A stretch of 64,000 nucleotides of DNA from the human T2T-CHM13v2.0 reference genome, Homo sapiens: assembly GCF_009914755.1 (NCBI RefSeq), contig NC_060945.1; one strand, written 5' to 3'. Each line of letters begins with the position of its first letter. Position 1 is the first letter of the stretch. This document shows, one piece after another, positions 58,280 through 64,000 of the stretch. The translations under genes and the position numbers were made by a program. The notes beneath the pieces were generated by a model, which searched no databases, was not told where the DNA came from, and saw nothing but the letters and a program-made list of their open reading frames with translations.

Positions 58280-58887
58280 TGAGCCTCAGTGGGGCTCCAG
58301 AAAGTAACACCCCAAGACCATTTACCTGGACATGGTGATAGAAATCTGTGTGGGATAAAGATGATGAGAATGTGTGTGTTTCTTTTTGCAGAACTATGGA
58401 AAGAGAATTTAGCAAATCAAGCTGGGAGGGTTGGCTCATGCCTGTAATCCCAGCACTTTGGGAGGCTGAGGTGGGCGGGTCGCCTGAGGTGATTACAAAT
58501 GATCCTTTTTTTTTTTTTTTCAGGATTAAGCATATCTTGGGGCAAGTGATTTTCTTTGCTACTGTCAGTGTCATTTAACACAGGGAAGGACAGTATGCCC
58601 AGTGCCAGTAGAGCTTAATACAACGTGAGAAAGGATGTTTGGTCCCAGTTTTATTTAATACAGGAACAAGAAACTACATTTCAGTTTTCAGTGTAAACTA
58701 TCACAGTACCTGCCACAGAGTAATGTTCAAATATTGTTATCTTTCATTATTACTTCTACGAAAATTGTTAGCAGGGCTGGGTGTAGTGGCTCCCACCTGT
58801 AATCCCAGCACTTTGGGAGGCCAAGGTGAGAGGATGGCTTGAGGCTACAAGTTTAAGACTATCCTGGTTAGCGGGCATGGTGGCTCA

Positions 58888-59109
<222 letters not shown>

Positions 59110-59219
59110 TCAGGAGGCTGAGGCAGAATGACTTGAACCCGGAAGGTGGAGGTTGCAGTGAGCCAAGATCGTGCCACTACACTCCAGCCTGGGTGACAGA
59201 GCGACCAAACTCCATCTCA

Positions 59220-59551
<332 letters not shown>

Positions 59552-59663
59552 TCAAAAAAAAAAAAAAAAAAAAAGACCCCATCTCTACAAAAGGGGAGGC
59601 AGAGGTTGCAGTGAGTCGAGATGGCGTCACTGCACTCCAGCCTGGGCGACAGAGCAAGACTCA

Positions 59664-62765
<3,102 letters not shown>

Positions 62766-63028
62766 TTATTTGATCAAAATATCCAGATTCTTAGTTGTTG
62801 AAACTGAATGTTGGCAGGGTGCAGTGGCTCACACCTATAGTCCTAGCACTTAGGGAGGCCAAGGCAGGCAAATTACTTGAGCCCAGGAATTCAAGACCAC
62901 CCTGGGCAACATAGCAAGACTTTGTCTCTATAAATAATTTTAAAATTACCTGGGCGTGGTGATGTGTGCCTGTGCCCCCAGCTACTCGGGAGGCTAAGGC
63001 AGGAGGATCATTTGAGCCTGGGAGGTCA

Positions 63029-63460
<432 letters not shown>

Positions 63461-63585
63461 TCATATGGACACAATTGGTATGAAAGGCGGGAGCTGATGG
63501 CTCACATTCATGCAGGGCTTTTGGGGACAGTAAATGGTGACCCATCCATCATAGTTAACATACAAATGGCTCTTTCTGTTCACAG

Positions 63586-63665
63586 ATGCTGCTGCAGCTT
63601 CAGCAATGGTGTCTTCATCCGCCCCGTCGGTGTACAGCGTGCAAGCCCTCTCTCTCCTGGCAGAG
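63586..63665 (+). CDS. DOP1B: DOP1B exon, 80 nt ([10 protein letters not shown]...LSLLAE)
   Basis: ctgttcacag acceptor, GAG|gtaaat donor, phases 1/0. Confidence 0.93.
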
Positions 63666-63704
63666 GTAAATACACACCTGACCTGTCGTCCTTTATGGAA
63701 ATGA

Positions 63705-64000
<296 letters not shown>

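Overview
This is human (or very close primate) genomic DNA lying entirely inside the DOP1B (DOPEY2/C21orf5) gene, which maps to chr21q22 in human and is transcribed here on the + strand. I could splice 21 consecutive internal coding exons (965-63665, 4808 coding nt, about 1600 codons). All have GT-AG boundaries and matching phases, and one is a 1630-nt internal exon. Neither the start codon nor the stop codon is in the window. The introns are very Alu-dense and also hold MaLR, ERV1 and ERVK solo LTRs, L1/L2/MIR fragments, DNA transposon fossils, a U13 snoRNA retrocopy and several microsatellites. Almost all other ORFs in the track are Alu-derived or antisense shadows. I found no evidence of a wholly new system. 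The best leads are: a two-exon 301-nt circRNA unit between inverted Alus that would encode a back-splice-specific 85-aa peptide from a strong Kozak AUG; an octamer (POU) motif cluster in the intron between those two exons; a four-level nested transposon stack; a UAGG/GATA array of about 500 nt; and a new 16-bp minisatellite arising inside an Alu. Repeat boundaries are approximate and repeat families were recognised by eye.
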